Below, piece by piece: positions 32,093 through 48,900 of a DNA stretch of 64,000 nucleotides. Position numbers and translations under genes: made by a program. Origin of the DNA: the human T2T-CHM13v2.0 reference genome, Homo sapiens. The stretch lies in assembly GCF_009914755.1 (NCBI RefSeq), contig NC_060939.1; one strand, written 5' to 3'. Below the pieces are notes generated by a model. That model searched no databases. It was given only the letters and a program-made list of their open reading frames with translations, and was not told the origin of the DNA. The first letter of the stretch is position 1; every line of letters begins with the position of its first letter.

Positions 32093-34789
32093 AATAGGCA
32101 GGGTATCTCCTCTAGATCTAACTACTAGTTACAGGAAATACAGGGAACAGAGGAATGAGTTAAAGAACACCATGAGGAAGGAACAAGTCTAATCCAGACT
32201 GTGAAACAGGACAAGTGGCCTAGTTTTCCAACATATCAATGGCATCAAAAAAGAGGCAAAAAAAGAGAAGGGGGAAGGGGGAAGGTGAAAGGGTGAAGAG
32301 AGACTGAGATAAGATGGCACATTTGAGCATATGTACCATCTGCCATAGCTGCAGCGCCCCTCTGCTCAGGGTCGAGTAGGGTGTGGCCTAAGGTGGCTGC
32401 CTTGGTGTTGGGGACCAGGCTGGTGCACTATTTTCTCAGTGTCTCATGGGTGAGGCCGTCCTTTGCCCCACTCTGACCCTTGCCCCCACCTTGGGCAGGT
32501 GCTGGAAGCTGGAGCACCCTCCCAGCTGCTGGAGTAACCCTGGGTCTGCTCTGCAGACTGGGGTCAAAGGGCCAAGATGATGGCTCCAATCCTTCAGCAG
32601 CAAAGATACAACCTTCACCTTGGGGTGGGACATGTGAGAGTTCTAGGGCTCAACTTTTCTTCTTGTGAAACAGGAGTGAAAAAAATGCTTTCATTACCAG
32701 CTTTGGATGTGAGGGTGGGAGTGAGAGGAATCTCTATGAGATTCTTGATAAAGTCCTTGACATAAACACCGTACATGGTGTCATCATCAGGGGTGGCAGT
32801 GGTGGAAGGGGGCTTGATTTAGAGTTTATTTGAAGTTTGCCACCGGTGCAATGTGCTTTCCCAAACATTTCCTCACTTGAGCTTGATATCCACCCGGAGG
32901 GCATCCTCATTCTCAGATGAGAAAACTGAGGTCTCAGGAGAGCAAGTGACTTGCCCAAGATCACACAGCTAGTAAGTGGCAGGACCAGGATTTAGACCCA
33001 GATTTTCTCAGCCCCAGTTCACCATGTGTCCCTCTCACCACAACCCTTCCACATTACAAAGCCTGAGGTGCTGATGCAAAATGGAAAGGCTCAAAGCAGC
33101 CCCAGGCACTGGGCAGTCCTCTGATATCCCTGCTCTGCTGCATCCACACTCTCCTCACAGTGGGCTTCACTATCTATCTTCCTCTCTCCCCAGCTATATT
33201 ATTTTTGCTTCCACAGCACCTAGTGCAAGAAAGACATTCAATCAGAAGTTTGGTGAATAAAAGAAGAAAGAAATAAATAAAACATTAAAAATAACAACAT
33301 GATGTAGAATATTCTGTATCATATAGACAGTGAAGCCTTGGTATTTGTGAAAGATCTGTCCAGAGCTCTCTGCAAATTTTCACATCTGCAGTGCCCCCTC
33401 TGAAACACACAGAACCCAGCTCCACCCTTAGTCTGCCAGCCCCTGCCAGGTTGTGTGGGCCTGTGACCTCGGGCAAATATCTAAATAAATAATAACCCTG
33501 CAATTCCTACTTTAAATAAAATGCTGCATCAGTGTAAAAGCTTCTTAGCTTAGCATTCCCAAAAGCCACTGACATGAAGTCTGGGGTTGAGGGAGGACTT
33601 TGGGGTGCAGTAATCAGTCATCTGTTTGAAGGTGAGATATGGGCAGGAGACCTGGTGAGACATGGTCTCCTTGGGATGAAGAAGGGAACAGCCACTGTGC
33701 CCCCTAGAATCTCCCCCAGAAACTCAGAAAGGTGGGAGGCTGATGACCTGCCACTGTCTAGGCCCTGGATACCCAGGCTGGGACATTCACATTAATGCTC
33801 AGTCACCTCTTTTCAAAGCCTAACCAAGGAGCCTGAGTGTCATTTCTTTACCCTCTAAGACCTCTGCCCTGGAGCCACCCCCCATCTCCTTCCAAGTTTC
33901 TTTCCTCTTACATCCCACATCTCTTTAGCTTTAAGATGAAAAACAAAGCCTCACGACCTGGCCTCATCTCTTCTCCTAGTGTTCCCAGGATCATCCCCTT
34001 CCTGCAAATCTGACCTTTGCCTCCTTCCTCCCTGCAGGGTGGCATGCCTGCTGGCAATGCTTTTCAGACTCTTCTGGAAATGTATACATGAATGACCTGC
34101 ACAGGCAGCGATAGGGGAAAAATGCTGCCAGAGCTGCTGGGCCCAGGAAGCTGGGCTCAATTCAGGAACCTGGGAAGCATCACTGCCACCCTGGAGCACT
34201 CTGCCAGGCAGTTCTCTGGTATGCAACCACCACGGTATCGCTTTCCACAGGCTTGGAATCAAGGAGGCCCCAGAGCAGTCAGGGGCCTGTGATGGGAGGC
34301 CAGCCCAACCTTCACAGGGAGACTTACATTTTTCAGGGCTAGTTCCACATGTGACATGAGTTAAGCTGCTGAGATTTTGAATATATTCTATACCCCATAC
34401 AGAAGTCAACTTATATGGACAATTAAATCCTTCCCAGTCCTGCCTTCAAGAGTCATGACCAGAGGCAGCTGCTTCTAGGGAGGTCACAGATGGGATAATA
34501 ACAACTGAAAGGGATTTAGATCAGAGCCAGGCATGTCCTCCTAGTGCTGGCCACTTGAGCAGACAGCAGGCGGAAGCCCTGCACCAGACAACAGTTGCTG
34601 AGAGGGGCAGTGGGATCAGGGTAGACTCATTCATAAAACCTGCAACTGGGCAGCTTTCAACTGAGTAGGTGGATACTAACACTTACTGGGCAAACCCACT
34701 AACCTATTAGGGCACAGTGAGGACCACGAGGCCAAGACTTCTGACCAGCCTAACAGGAGTCACTAAGTCTAAGCAACAAAAGCCCATGA

Positions 34790-35100
34790 GGCTGGGTGCG
34801 GTGGCTCATGCCTGTAATCCTAGCACTTTGGGAGGCCAAGGTGAGTGGATCACTGGAGGCCAGGAGTTCAAGACCAGTCTGGCCAACAGAGTGAAACCCC
34901 ACCTCTACTAAAAATACAAAAAAAATTAGCCAGGCATGGGGGCACATACTGGTAGTCCCAGCTACACAGGAGGCTAAGGCACAGGATCACTGGAACCCGG
35001 GAGGTAGAGATTGCAGTGAGCCGAGATCACGCCACTGCACTCCAGCCTGGGTGACAGAGCAAGACTCCATCTCAAAAAACAAACAAACAAACAAAAACAA
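34790..35100 (+). repeat. AluS/J
   Basis: Dimeric Alu; flanks AACAAAAGCCCA. Confidence 0.88.
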
Positions 35101-35870
35101 AAGCCCAGGAACTCCTCTCCTGGGAGGTCCTCCCTCTCAGAACCTGGCCATACATGGGTTAGGGACAGTCTTGGAACGCTTGGGTCTTCTCCAATCTCAT
35201 AAATTCTTAGCAGTCCATAGACAGGCACCCTGAGAACAATGAGACAGCTTGGAAGTGAAGGGGGAGACAGAAACGGGACAGAACTTAATAAGCACAGAGG
35301 CCCAAGCAAGTCATGGGAGCACCAGCGTGACAACTGATGTTACAGATGGTGCACCTGAGCTCACAAGAAGCCGGCACATAACTGGCTGACCATGAGCCCT
35401 GTTGGGAAAAACACAGACATCTCAAGAGCATTTACCTGCCACATCCCCGCCACCGACTCCTAGGGTTCTACAAACAGGAAGAAGCAGGCAATTTCCCCAG
35501 CAATTAAAGGCATGCCAATTATAGTAAGAAAGTATCAATTTATAGCTATAAAGATCAATAAATAATGAAACACGTTTCAAAACAAATGACCCAGGGCTGG
35601 CAGGGCTGCAGGCACACAGCAACACTCCTACGTTGTGGTAGTAATGGTTAACCAGCACCATCTTTGAAAAGTGAGGATATTGAGTCCCAAAAATGTCAGC
35701 CTTTGGCTTAGTCATCCCATTCCTGGGGATGTTAGCTAAATCCTCAGGACTTTGCTGAAAGAATTAATTAAAAAGAAAAGGAGAAAATCATGAGAAGAAA
35801 GTTGTTTTATCAGTAAAATTTGTAATGGTTAAAAGCTAGGAAATAAAAAGCATGTGTCCAACAATAAGGA

Positions 35871-36591
35871 TGCTATGGTTTGACTATTTGTGCCCTACAA
35901 ACTCGCATTGAAATTTAATTCCCAATGCGGCCGTATTAGGCAGTGGGACCTTTAAGACGCGTGATTGGGTCGGGGTGCGGTGGCTCACGCCTGTAATCCC
36001 AACGCTTTGGGAGGCCAAGGCAGGCGGATCATCTAAGGTCAGGAGTTCGAGACCAGCCTGGCCAACATGGAGAAACCCCATCTCTACTAAAAATACAAAA
36101 ATTAGCTGGGTGTGGTGGTGGGTGCCTGTAATTCCAGCTACTTGGGAGGCTGAGGTAGGAGAATAGCTTGAACCCAGGAGGTGGAGATTGTAGTGAGCCA
36201 GGATCGCGTCATTGCACTCTAGCCTAGACGACAGAGCGAGACTCCATCTCAAAAAAAAAAAAAAGAGGTGATTGGGTTATGAGGGCTCTGTCCTTATGAA
36301 TGGATTAATCCATTCATGCATTAGTGGATTAACAGGTTACATGGGTGGGACTGGTAGCTATATAAGAAGTGAGACCTGAGATATCCCACTCTGCCCCCTC
36401 ACCGTGTGATGCACTGGGCTGCCTTGGGGGACTCTGTAGAGAGTCCCCATTAGCAAGAAGGTCCTAATCAAATGTGGCCCCTCAACCTTGGACTCCTCAG
36501 CCTCCATAACTGTAAGAAATAAATACCTTTTCCTTATAAATTAACCAGTTTCAGATATTCTATTATAAGCAATAGAAAATGGACTAAGACA
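35871..36591 (+). mobile_element. MaLR solo LTR (MSTB-like) interrupted by an Alu
   Basis: TGCTATGGTTTG...GGACTAAGACA termini; flanks AAGGA/AGGGA; AATAAA at ~36518. Confidence 0.82.
35966..36264 (+). repeat. AluS inside the MST LTR
   Basis: Dimeric Alu; GTGATTGGGT repeated on both sides. Confidence 0.88.
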
Positions 36592-37285
36592 AGGGAAATA
36601 CTGGTATGCAATTCAGTGAAACATATAGTCAGTTAAAAGAGAAAAGCCAATTTTTAGAATTATGTTAATTGGGGAAAAAAGTAGAGCAGGAAATTATACA
36701 AGTACAATGATTGTATACAAATAGATAAAGATTGAGAGGAACCACAGAAAAACATAAATAGCTGTGTTTGGGTTGTAGGATTATAAATGTAATTTCTTGT
36801 CCATTCCTGCTTAGTTTTTTTTTTTTCCTCCCCATAATAAACTTTTTAAGAAGTGGCTCGGCTTTTCCAGAAAGGTGCGCTTGTCACTCTCTGCTGGGAA
36901 TCAGGATGCCGACTGCTGACCCTCAGCTTCTCTCTGGGTCACGCAGGGCAGGCATCCAGGAGTCCAACCAGCTGGGAGGCCCGTGGGAGAAACATGGAGG
37001 ACACTGGGAGCTAGCGAAGGGAAGAGCACAGGCAATTCTATACATTTAAACACCGAGATGGATAATTTAAGAATCAAATGCAAGAGTATGCAAATGTCCA
37101 TCTGCTACTTAAATCTATATCCTGCCAATACCAGAGCATAGTTCTCAAATTAGAATGATCTCAAATGTCAGGTGGTCCACCGAGTCTGTAGGCAGGTTAA
37201 GGATGGCTGCCTGCTTTACAGATGAGAACTAAAGCTCAGGGAATTGAGGTGACTTGCCCAAGGGCACAAAATCAGGGATTCCTGA

Positions 37286-37780
<495 letters not shown>

Positions 37781-38691
37781 TAGAGTATTGAGGTCATCTA
37801 TCCAAATTCCATCATGAACTGTGAGGTCTTCCTCTGCTAAGCCAGCATAAGGCCAACCCGCCTCACACTCATAGCTGTCTGCACAGGCCGTGTGGACTCA
37901 AGTCCTGGTCCTGCCACTTCCTGGCTATAGGCTCCTGTAAGTGTCCTGGCCTCTCAGTGTTCTTGTCTGTAAAATGGGGATAATAAGAGTGTCTGTGTGA
38001 CAGCGTTGTTATGAGGATTAAATAAGGTACAGAAGTACTTGGCTTGCACAATGAATACAAAATAACCTGTCTGCACTAGTAAGACATTTCCCTCATCACA
38101 GTCTTTAAAGATTGAACAAGACGACAGATACAAAGCGCCTAGCAAATTCTTGGCTTACAGTAGGACTCTCTAAATAATAGCTATTATTATAACAATAAAG
38201 GTGTCATTCACAGCACAAATGCAGTGGACTTTCCCCAGGAAAGGGCTGGAGAAGGGCTTCGCAGAGCCCAGAGATGTTTGTACTTCCCCTCCTCATAGTA
38301 CACAGCCCTCGCTGACTGCCTCCCCTGGCCCCACCCCACCATCTGTCCCACTCACCCTCCCACATGCTTCTCCAGCCAGGAAAAGACCCCAGTGCAGTCA
38401 TTTCTTCCCTTTGATCTCCAGGATCCAGTGAAAGCCAGACTTAGGCCATTGCCCTCTGCCCCTGCTATTCAGCAAGCTTGCCCCTCCTTTGGCTCAGTTT
38501 CAGGAGGAGGAAGCGGGTAAGGAGGAAGGGGGTAACTGAGACAGAGGGGATCTGCCCACCACTGACTTCACCTCCTCTGGGCTGAGCTTAGGCCTGGTTG
38601 CTGCTGCCCCCTGGGGCCTGTGGCTGGAGTTTCCACTGCTCTGCCTGCCCCTGCTGCCCCCCAACCCTGTGGGTCCTGGGGACCCCACTCA

Positions 38692-38943
<252 letters not shown>

Positions 38944-41856
38944 TCATCACTGTGGTCATTGGGGAAATGACCCCACTGTCAGCTACCAGGTCACACAAAT
39001 TCAGAGTGATTCTGCCAGGACAGGACAAATCATGCCACCAGTCTGCATCCCCACCTGATGACAACCTGTGGATGAGATGGGGCAGGGACTGGGCTTCCCT
39101 TCTCTCCATTCCTTCTATGAGGAATGAATGTTAGTATTCTTAGTCCCAGTGTACAGAGGTGAGCACTGAGGCCCAGAAAGGTTATTGATCAGGATGACAT
39201 AGCCTTGTCATTGCAAAATCTCAGCTAGAACCCAAGTCTAGGACCCACCAGATGAAATCACAATGTCCATAAGCAGACTGGGCTGGTGGGGATCCAGGTT
39301 TGGGTAGAGTTTGGAGAGGAGGCAGCCTAACAAGGTTAATCATCATAGTGGGGGAGCATCACAGTCAGAGGACTTGGTATAAACAGAGAGTTGTACAATT
39401 AGGAAACTGAGGCATAAGGATAGGTCATGTGACTCGCCTGAGGTCATCGCAGAGTTAATGGCAAAGCCAAGCCTCAAAGTCAGATACCCAACCGGCTGTC
39501 CACAAAGCCTCTGAGATAGTTAGAGCAGTCTAGACCATTATTATTCCCCTTCAGGCACTAGTACCCAGGGCTGGGCTCAGAAACCCATTACTCCAGGGAC
39601 AGAGACAGCAAGCATGAAATGGAGTCCATGGCAGAGTGGCAGGCAGCCCTGAGCCAGCTTCCCTGAGTGCTCCAGGGGCCCTCCCCACAGGGAAGGGCAC
39701 CAACCACCTGCTTCTGCACCTCAGTTCAGTGACCAGCAGGAGCAGATCTAAGTCCTCAGAGACTTCCCAGTGACCATCTTGCCCGGGGGTCCTCCCGTCC
39801 CCTTACTGCCATTTGCCATCATTGCCCCATGTTTTCTTGCCACCCAAAATACCCACTGCTTGAGTAACTCAGAAAGTTTTCTGGTTCAGCTTAATGGCTC
39901 AATAAGGGGCCAGCAGACTCCAGACTTAAGAGGTACACTCTTAGTGGCTCTGGGTTAAAAGCTACATACAGGGAAATGCCTGGGATATTTGCCCCAAATG
40001 CAGAAAATAGCAAAATAGCACTGCATCTGAACCACTCCATCATTAGCATCATCCTCAGTGAGACAGTCTTCAAAATACCCGGAGTGGCAATAACAACAAC
40101 AAAGTCAAGTTCAGCAAGCAACAGATACATAGGCCAACACTTAGGTAGCATTCTATGGCAGCCACTTCAGAGACGTTCCCAAACACAAACTCATGCATCT
40201 CTCCATTGCCTTAATCTCCATTCAATCAACACTGTCTGGGCATCCAGTCTGTGCCAGGATCTGTGCTAGGCACTACGGGGCAGGGACCAAAGGCACAGAC
40301 AACAGGTACAGATGGAGCTCTAGGGAAAGAGAAGATCCTGGGGGCTGGACTGGGCAGAGAAGGCTTTGTGGAGCCAAATTTATCTTACATCGTCCACTGA
40401 CTCTAAATTTTTAGCTATTTCAGTTCCAAATATTGGCTCTGAGCTGTGCACACACTAAGGGCTGACGCAGGTGGAGTGGAGCCAGGCCTCCCAGAGCCAG
40501 AGTGAACACATTCAGTGTGAACTCTAACACATATGGTCTCTTGGAGCCACTCTGGGCCTCGAGGACAGCGGGTGCCTTGGTAGGTGCCAACAAACACTTG
40601 ACCGAGCTTCCAGGCCCGGGTGGCTCTGAGTCTCAGTGTCAAGGCAGCCACACGCCTCTCCTCTCCGACACCTCAAGCAGCCGCTGGCAGGGCCTGGCAT
40701 TTCAGAGTCCCTGTGACCTTGTCACAGAAGCCCTGAGTTCCTACTTGACCTGTGGGGAAAGCAAAGCTTAAGGGTGGTAAGGGATACACTTAGGTTTACA
40801 GAGCACATAGGCAGTGGCGCAGGGCTTGGCTTGGCATCCAAATCCCCCAGCTCCCAGCCCTGCACTGTGTTGACAGCCTTAGGACTTGTGAAACGGCAGA
40901 AGGGCTTTTGTAAACTAGAGCTAAACATTTCAGGCCATGTTGACGTTGTTTCCCCTTCCTCTTATGAGGGAAACAGTGGCATTTTTTTTCTATATCACAT
41001 GCCTGAAAAATTCCTCAAACTCTCAAAAAGCAAATGAGTGTTTGCTTTTCCTGCCTGAGTTTTCTCTTTGCGAGACAGCTGTGGCAATGAGTGGTGACCG
41101 GGGCAGGCCCACTGCACAGGCATCTTTCCCTCCCCAAAAGGAGGTATTTTGAGAGTGGGTGACTACGATGGCGCCAAATACCACACACCACCACTCGTCT
41201 CACCTGTCTTCACTCAGGCACAGCCCTCTGCTCAACCTGTAGAGGGGAGCCTCAGAGGGAGCCAAGGCTGCTGGCTGGTGTCCCCCACTCCTTGGGCTGT
41301 TTCCAGAAGAGCAGAGAACACCCTCCACCAGACCCAGCCCCCAGGCTTCAAGATCAGACAGGCCTGGCCTCAGAGACTTATGCTTTCACCTGCTCTGAAC
41401 ATAGATTTGCTCATCTGTCAAATGGGAATCAGGGTTCCCTGCTAGAGAATTGTGAAGACTGGAAATATTTGTAATGTTGGCCCGTGGTACTCAAAAGTGG
41501 TTCATGTGAAGGCTGAGCAAGAGACATCCAGAGACATAAGTCACTGATTCAAATGGTCTGGAATGTGAAACCAAGGAATTGGTTTAATTTTATTTATTTT
41601 TAGAGATGGGGTCTGGCTCTGCTGCCCCGGCTGGAGGGCAGTGGTGTGATCATAACTCACTGCAGCCTCAAACTCCTGGGCTCAAGCAATCCTCCCAACC
41701 TCAGCCTCCCGAGTAGCTGGGACCACAGGTGCCTGCCACACCACCCAGCTTCAGTTTAATTTTAAAAGCACCACCCTACCCCGCCAATGATTCCCACGCA
41801 CAGCCAGATGTGAAAATAGCTCTATTCCGAGCAAGTAGCCAACTCTTTAAATCCTA

Positions 41857-42030
41857 GAGCAGTGGTTCTCAACCCAGGCCACACATTGATATTGCCTGGG
41901 GAATTTTAAAACTCCTAGTGTTTAAGTCTCACCCTGAGAGATTCTGATCTCCTGGGTCTGGGCCTGAAGATGGGGCTATTTAAAAGCCCGCTGGGTAACT
42001 GACATGCAGCCAGGGCTGAGAACCACTGAC
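41857..42030. mobile_element. MER5-like hAT remnant
   Basis: CAGTGGTTCTCAAC...GCTGAGAACCACTG inverted termini. Confidence 0.7.
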
Positions 42031-43671
42031 TTACAACAGCTTTCTGATTATCTCCATTTCACAAATGAAGAAACTATACCACTGTTACTCATACTAGTTC
42101 CTCATTTTCAGTATTACACTTCCCCATAGTTCTCTGATCTGATCATTTCAGGAAAGGAGTAAAGAAAGGGAATCAGAGGGGAGGGGTTGTCTCTCCCATC
42201 AGCATGATTTTTGCTTGAGGGGTTCACCAGTCTAACTGCTGTGTTATGAATATGCAAATCAAGGCAGAAGATTACTCTAGCTTTCGGAGGATAACAGGAG
42301 TGAAAATTTGCAGTCAGGCACTCCCTGGCCACTGTACTCAGCAGATGCACAAAAGCAGAACCTGAGGTGGCTCTAGTATGCCCATCAGAGGGCCCAGCCA
42401 ACCCAAGGGCAGGTGACAGCAACAGGCCTTTTTCTGCACACAGAAGGCTCTGCAGCCAGAAGTTGAGGTCCCACAGTGCAGAAGTCGCCAGCTAGGCTAC
42501 AGGGATGATGGGTGGGAGGCGAGGGCCTGTCTACTTTAGGACAGAGCCACCCAGAATGTCATCCAGGGAGGGAGCAGAAGGGAGCAATTCAACCTCTAAT
42601 GAAAGTCATTGCTAACACTAAATCAAAAATGATGGGAATACTGGAATCTGGTATACATATGCAAAGCACACATATTCCAGTATCTCTGCCCCCCATAGCA
42701 ACAATCAATACCTATGCATGGTCTACTGCAGCACGGGGCTGGTAGGAGGCCCGATTCCTCGTCCTAATCTGCTATCAAAGTTTCATGGGCTTGACAGGGA
42801 GCTGTCTTTTCAGTTCATGTTTCTCCATCTGCCACCCCAGGTCTCATCTTAGAAAGCTTCCTGTCAGACAGCTCCAAAGAGCCTGGGACAACTCTAAACA
42901 GGAATGAAGCCCTTTCTCTTCACTCTCCAAATTCCTAACTCTGGGCTGGTGTCAGGAGACTGGGAGTCTAGTCAGAGCCCTACCACTAACGAGCCAGGAC
43001 CCTGGGCAGCCTGTTCAACTCCCCAGGCCTCAGTTTCCTTCTTTGTCACATGGGGACGATAATACCTGCCCTGCCCACTTCCCAGGGTTGTTTGGGAAAT
43101 CATGAGGTAATGTCTGAGATAGGACTTTACCATCCAGCCTTGCAGAAGAGCATGAGGTGTGGGTGGGTGGGAACTCTGTGCCTGAGACTGGCTTGCAAAA
43201 GTCACGTAGGATGGTTTCGTGAGGGACAGTAAATCCTCAAGATACAGAAAACACCCCGCTTCTGCCAGCACACTCTCCTGCAATTCTGTCAGGAACACAC
43301 CCCTCTTCCCAGGCAGAGGACTCAGCTCCTCACTCACTCAGCACCTGGGAGGACAAGTGGGCTGTGTCAAGATCAGTGTCACTGGCAGATGGGCCTCATT
43401 TCCAAACTTGTCAGGCCCCCAGGTGCCACCTCATAAGGGCTCTCTAGTTGTCTGCCCAGGACTCACATTAAAAGGGGTATACCTAGAACAGCTTCTCAGT
43501 GCTCAGAAATGTCCCCAACCTCAGCTCTTAAGGTTCATGGAGGAGCCTGGCTTAATCCCCACCCCCCAAAGTCTTCACTGTCAAGGGTAAATAAACAGGG
43601 CATGAACCAAATGTCACACCACGGGATCAATTTTGTATAGCAATGTGAACATTACAACATTTACATCCAGC

Positions 43672-45639
<1,968 letters not shown>

Positions 45640-45769
45640 CTACCTCATTCCCTCTCTTAGTCGACTCTAAAGTGTCCAAAGATTGAGTGATGTACCCCTA
45701 AGTCACCAGTCTATCAAGGTGGAAATGAGGTAGAGCTGCATAGAACGCAGGGCCCCAGCCAAGGGACAA

Positions 45770-45970
45770 GATGCCACCAGAGGTGAGAGGTACCAAATGG
45801 GAAGTGTTCCAAAGCAGAGGGTCGCGGAGACTGGCTTCCTCCTCCTGCTTCCCCACCGCAGACACCGCAGTTCCTCTTTCCACTCTGGAGAACAATGAGC
45901 CGTGATTCCTCTGGAATTACCCTGCGAGGTTTCAGGGCCATAGGGCAGGGATAATGCTTAGGAACTTCCA
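45770..45970. promoter_or_regulatory. Candidate myeloid intronic enhancer (PU.1/ETS + RUNX motif cluster)
   Basis: AAAGAGGAACTG (minus, 45868-45879); ACCGCA at 45855-45860 and 45864-45869; extra GGAA cores; locally more CpG; non-repeat DNA. Confidence 0.4.
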
Positions 45971-48900
45971 GCCAAGGACCTTCAGCCAATGTGTCTCAAA
46001 GGCAGGAGCAGCTCAAAGCTGTAGTCCACAAGAACCAGGTCAGCCTGATCCCGGAGGACCCACACCCACATCCCACAGCCACAGCCTGCCTGGGGATGGT
46101 GTCACTGAGCCCCCTCCCTACTCCTCTGCCTGGCCAGGCTCCACTGTGGAGCCTCTGTGGCTGACCCTGTCCTTATTTCCCACCCTTTCCCAACACATCC
46201 ATCTTCCAGCCAGGCCACTCCAAATCCCATGAACAAGACGCAGAAAACACTTGGGGACACATTCCCCAAGGTCAGAGCAAGCAAGGGACCAGATATTCAG
46301 GAAACCAAAACAGAGTGAAGAAATATAACGTTATCTGAGGTCAGAGCAGGAAACAGGTCAGGGTTTTAGGCCAGAGAGACAAGGGTAAGGAGGAAAAGTT
46401 TACCAAAGCCAGGTGGGCAGTGCGCTGGGAACTAGATGGGCATGACAGGAGTGAGAAACACGCAGGGAGCAGCAGCAAAGTCAGCAGCAGGTGGAGAGTC
46501 TGGAACAACAGAATGCCAGCCAAGAACCTGCAAACAGAAGAGGGCACAGGGCTGCCTAATATGACTCTTCTCCCAGCTAATGACCCAGGCCCCTCGTTTC
46601 ACGAGCCTGTTTCCCCTCCCTGACCTTGTTGCTACTGTCTTTCTAGTTCCTTGACGATGGCTTTGAAATTTGAGGTGTGGAACCCTCTCTCAAATCTTTC
46701 ACCGAAGTCCAATATGTAAAACAGATGAAAAGCTGTGCTTCTTTTGGAGAGGCATCCAGAGCCCACCCACTGACCACCCCCACCCATGAGGCCTAAAGGG
46801 GCTTCAGGGAACCCCAAAAGCTCCAGGGAACACAGTTTGAGAAGTACTGCTCTATAGCATGGAAGCATAGCATGCTCTAGATGATCCCAAAGAAGTTTCA
46901 AATCATAAATGAAAATGAAAAACAGAACATGCAGATGCTTCTCAGTATTATTATCTAGTCTTTTAGGAAGTCACTCCAACCAAGCCGAACTCAGGGTCAG
47001 CGGTGAGGAGCACATGTAGGCTAAGTACCAGGAGCCAGAGTCTCCAGGGAACTGACTCCTGACCTATAAATGGCCCCTGTCCACAAAGTCACAGGTGGCT
47101 GTTCTGTATGGGCCTGCAGCAGCTGCTTTTAGAGGCTGGCTTGTTTCATTCCCAGGTCCTACAGACTAACTTCCTTCCTCTAGACATTTTTTTGTTGTTG
47201 TTGCGGGGGACAGGGAGTCAGAAAAACTAAAGCACAAAAAGGAAGGAATCACTTAGCAGGGCCAAGCTGGGCTAAAGTATGACAACTATTTTTTAACTTA
47301 AGTACATTTTGATGCTGTTGTCAAATGAGCTCAAGCCTGCAAGTCTAGGACCTGAAATAAGTTAGGCTCAATTAAAGTTTGACTTGGCTACGTAAAGAAA
47401 GATTTTCACTGAAAATATAGCTCAGTATCCTCTGATATTTCCCTTAGTCTAGAGTCTAGATTCTAGACACTAAACATGATGTAGGTTACTGAGGAAATGC
47501 TGGGCTTGGAAGGTACCACCCACCACCCACCCACCTGCCCATGTACTCACCCAACCATCCACCCATGCATCCTCCTAACTGTCCACTCACCTATCCATCT
47601 GTCTCTCATTTACTGATCATTGTCCTAAGTGCTGTAAACAAGACACACCTCACAACTTGAAAGGCTTATATAGTCTATTGCAGAGATTAGACAAATGCAG
47701 ATGAAAAGGAAATATAGCCTGGGCATGAAAGAACTATCTGCAACAGCTGGAGAGGCAGGGAGTGATACACAAGCACTTCATTCTGTGGAGGCCCCAAATA
47801 ACCTCTCACCTTCACTCCCTCCCTATCAGGTTGTGGCCACTTTCTCAAGGAAATACATCAGGAAGCTGAACCTGCCCTTTCCTTTCCTCCTTGTGGGAGC
47901 ACAGGGAAGGAGAGAACAAGCAGTCAAGGGACCAGTCGGGCTCAGTTGGGTCAGGCACCCTTCCCACCATCTGAGTTCCTGACAGTCAGATGTATGTTTA
48001 ACAAAAGAACTTCAACAGAGCAGGTCAGTTTGCTCCCTCCTAGAAATGCCAGCCAGGCCCATAGCCTGGGCAAAGCCCAGGAGACAGAACCAAAGGATAA
48101 TACCTTAAAAACGAGCTTGTGCTGCCACGCAGGAAAAAGACTGCAGAAAGAAGATGGGAAAATCCTGGATGGTTTGAGGCTCTCCTGTTACTGTGGGGGT
48201 ACAGGATTACCCCTCATAAAATGGTAAAGTGAACCATTCATGTTCTAGAATACCTCCCTCCCTACTTGCCCTCCCCTCTCCTGCATCCAGCCCGCCTCCT
48301 GTGAACTTTCCACCTCTTCCCGGCCCACAACCCCCTGTGATCTTTCCCATAATTCATGTAAGGTGACAAAGGATCCCTAAGGGTTATCCTGACCTCCCTC
48401 CAAAGAAACACCTTCACAGTTTAACACTATTTGTGACCAAGAAGGGGCTTGAATAGTGGCAAGTTTAGGCACACATGGGGCAAAGTGGTAAGATGACTTG
48501 GAGATAGAAAGGTCTTTTTACTTTCCCAAGATTCACATTAAACAGGTGGCTCTGCAGAGGGCTATGTGTGTCTGTGTATGTGAATATGGATGGTGTACAA
48601 ATCATAACCAGTTATTTCTTGCCCAATTTTTTTTCTTTCCACCAGGATCTTAAGGCCTGAGAGATTCTTGATGTAAGAATCTTGTTTTTCACTGATATAG
48701 TCAGCTCTTAGCCATCTAGGATGGATGGTCTCTGTTTCTCAAAATGTTTGTGAATTTTTAATCCCATGTTTATTTCTTCACCATGACTTGAAAATGCCCA
48801 AGATTGCTTGCCTCTCCCAGACATGCAGGGCTGTGAATGGGGAAGACTACATATCACGGGCAAAGTACAGGGTTAGGGGTCCTGGCTCTACCACCAACTT

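Noticed and set aside
32350-33405. CTCF-like motifs at ~32352 and ~33388 (also ~596 and ~59512)
   Set aside because: Wrong G spacing or a poor 5' half; not supportable without ChIP data.
47591-47631. 41-nt pseudoexon (TTACAG|...TAG|GTGAGT, minus strand)
   Set aside because: Short, weak pyrimidine tract in repeat-like DNA; expected by chance.
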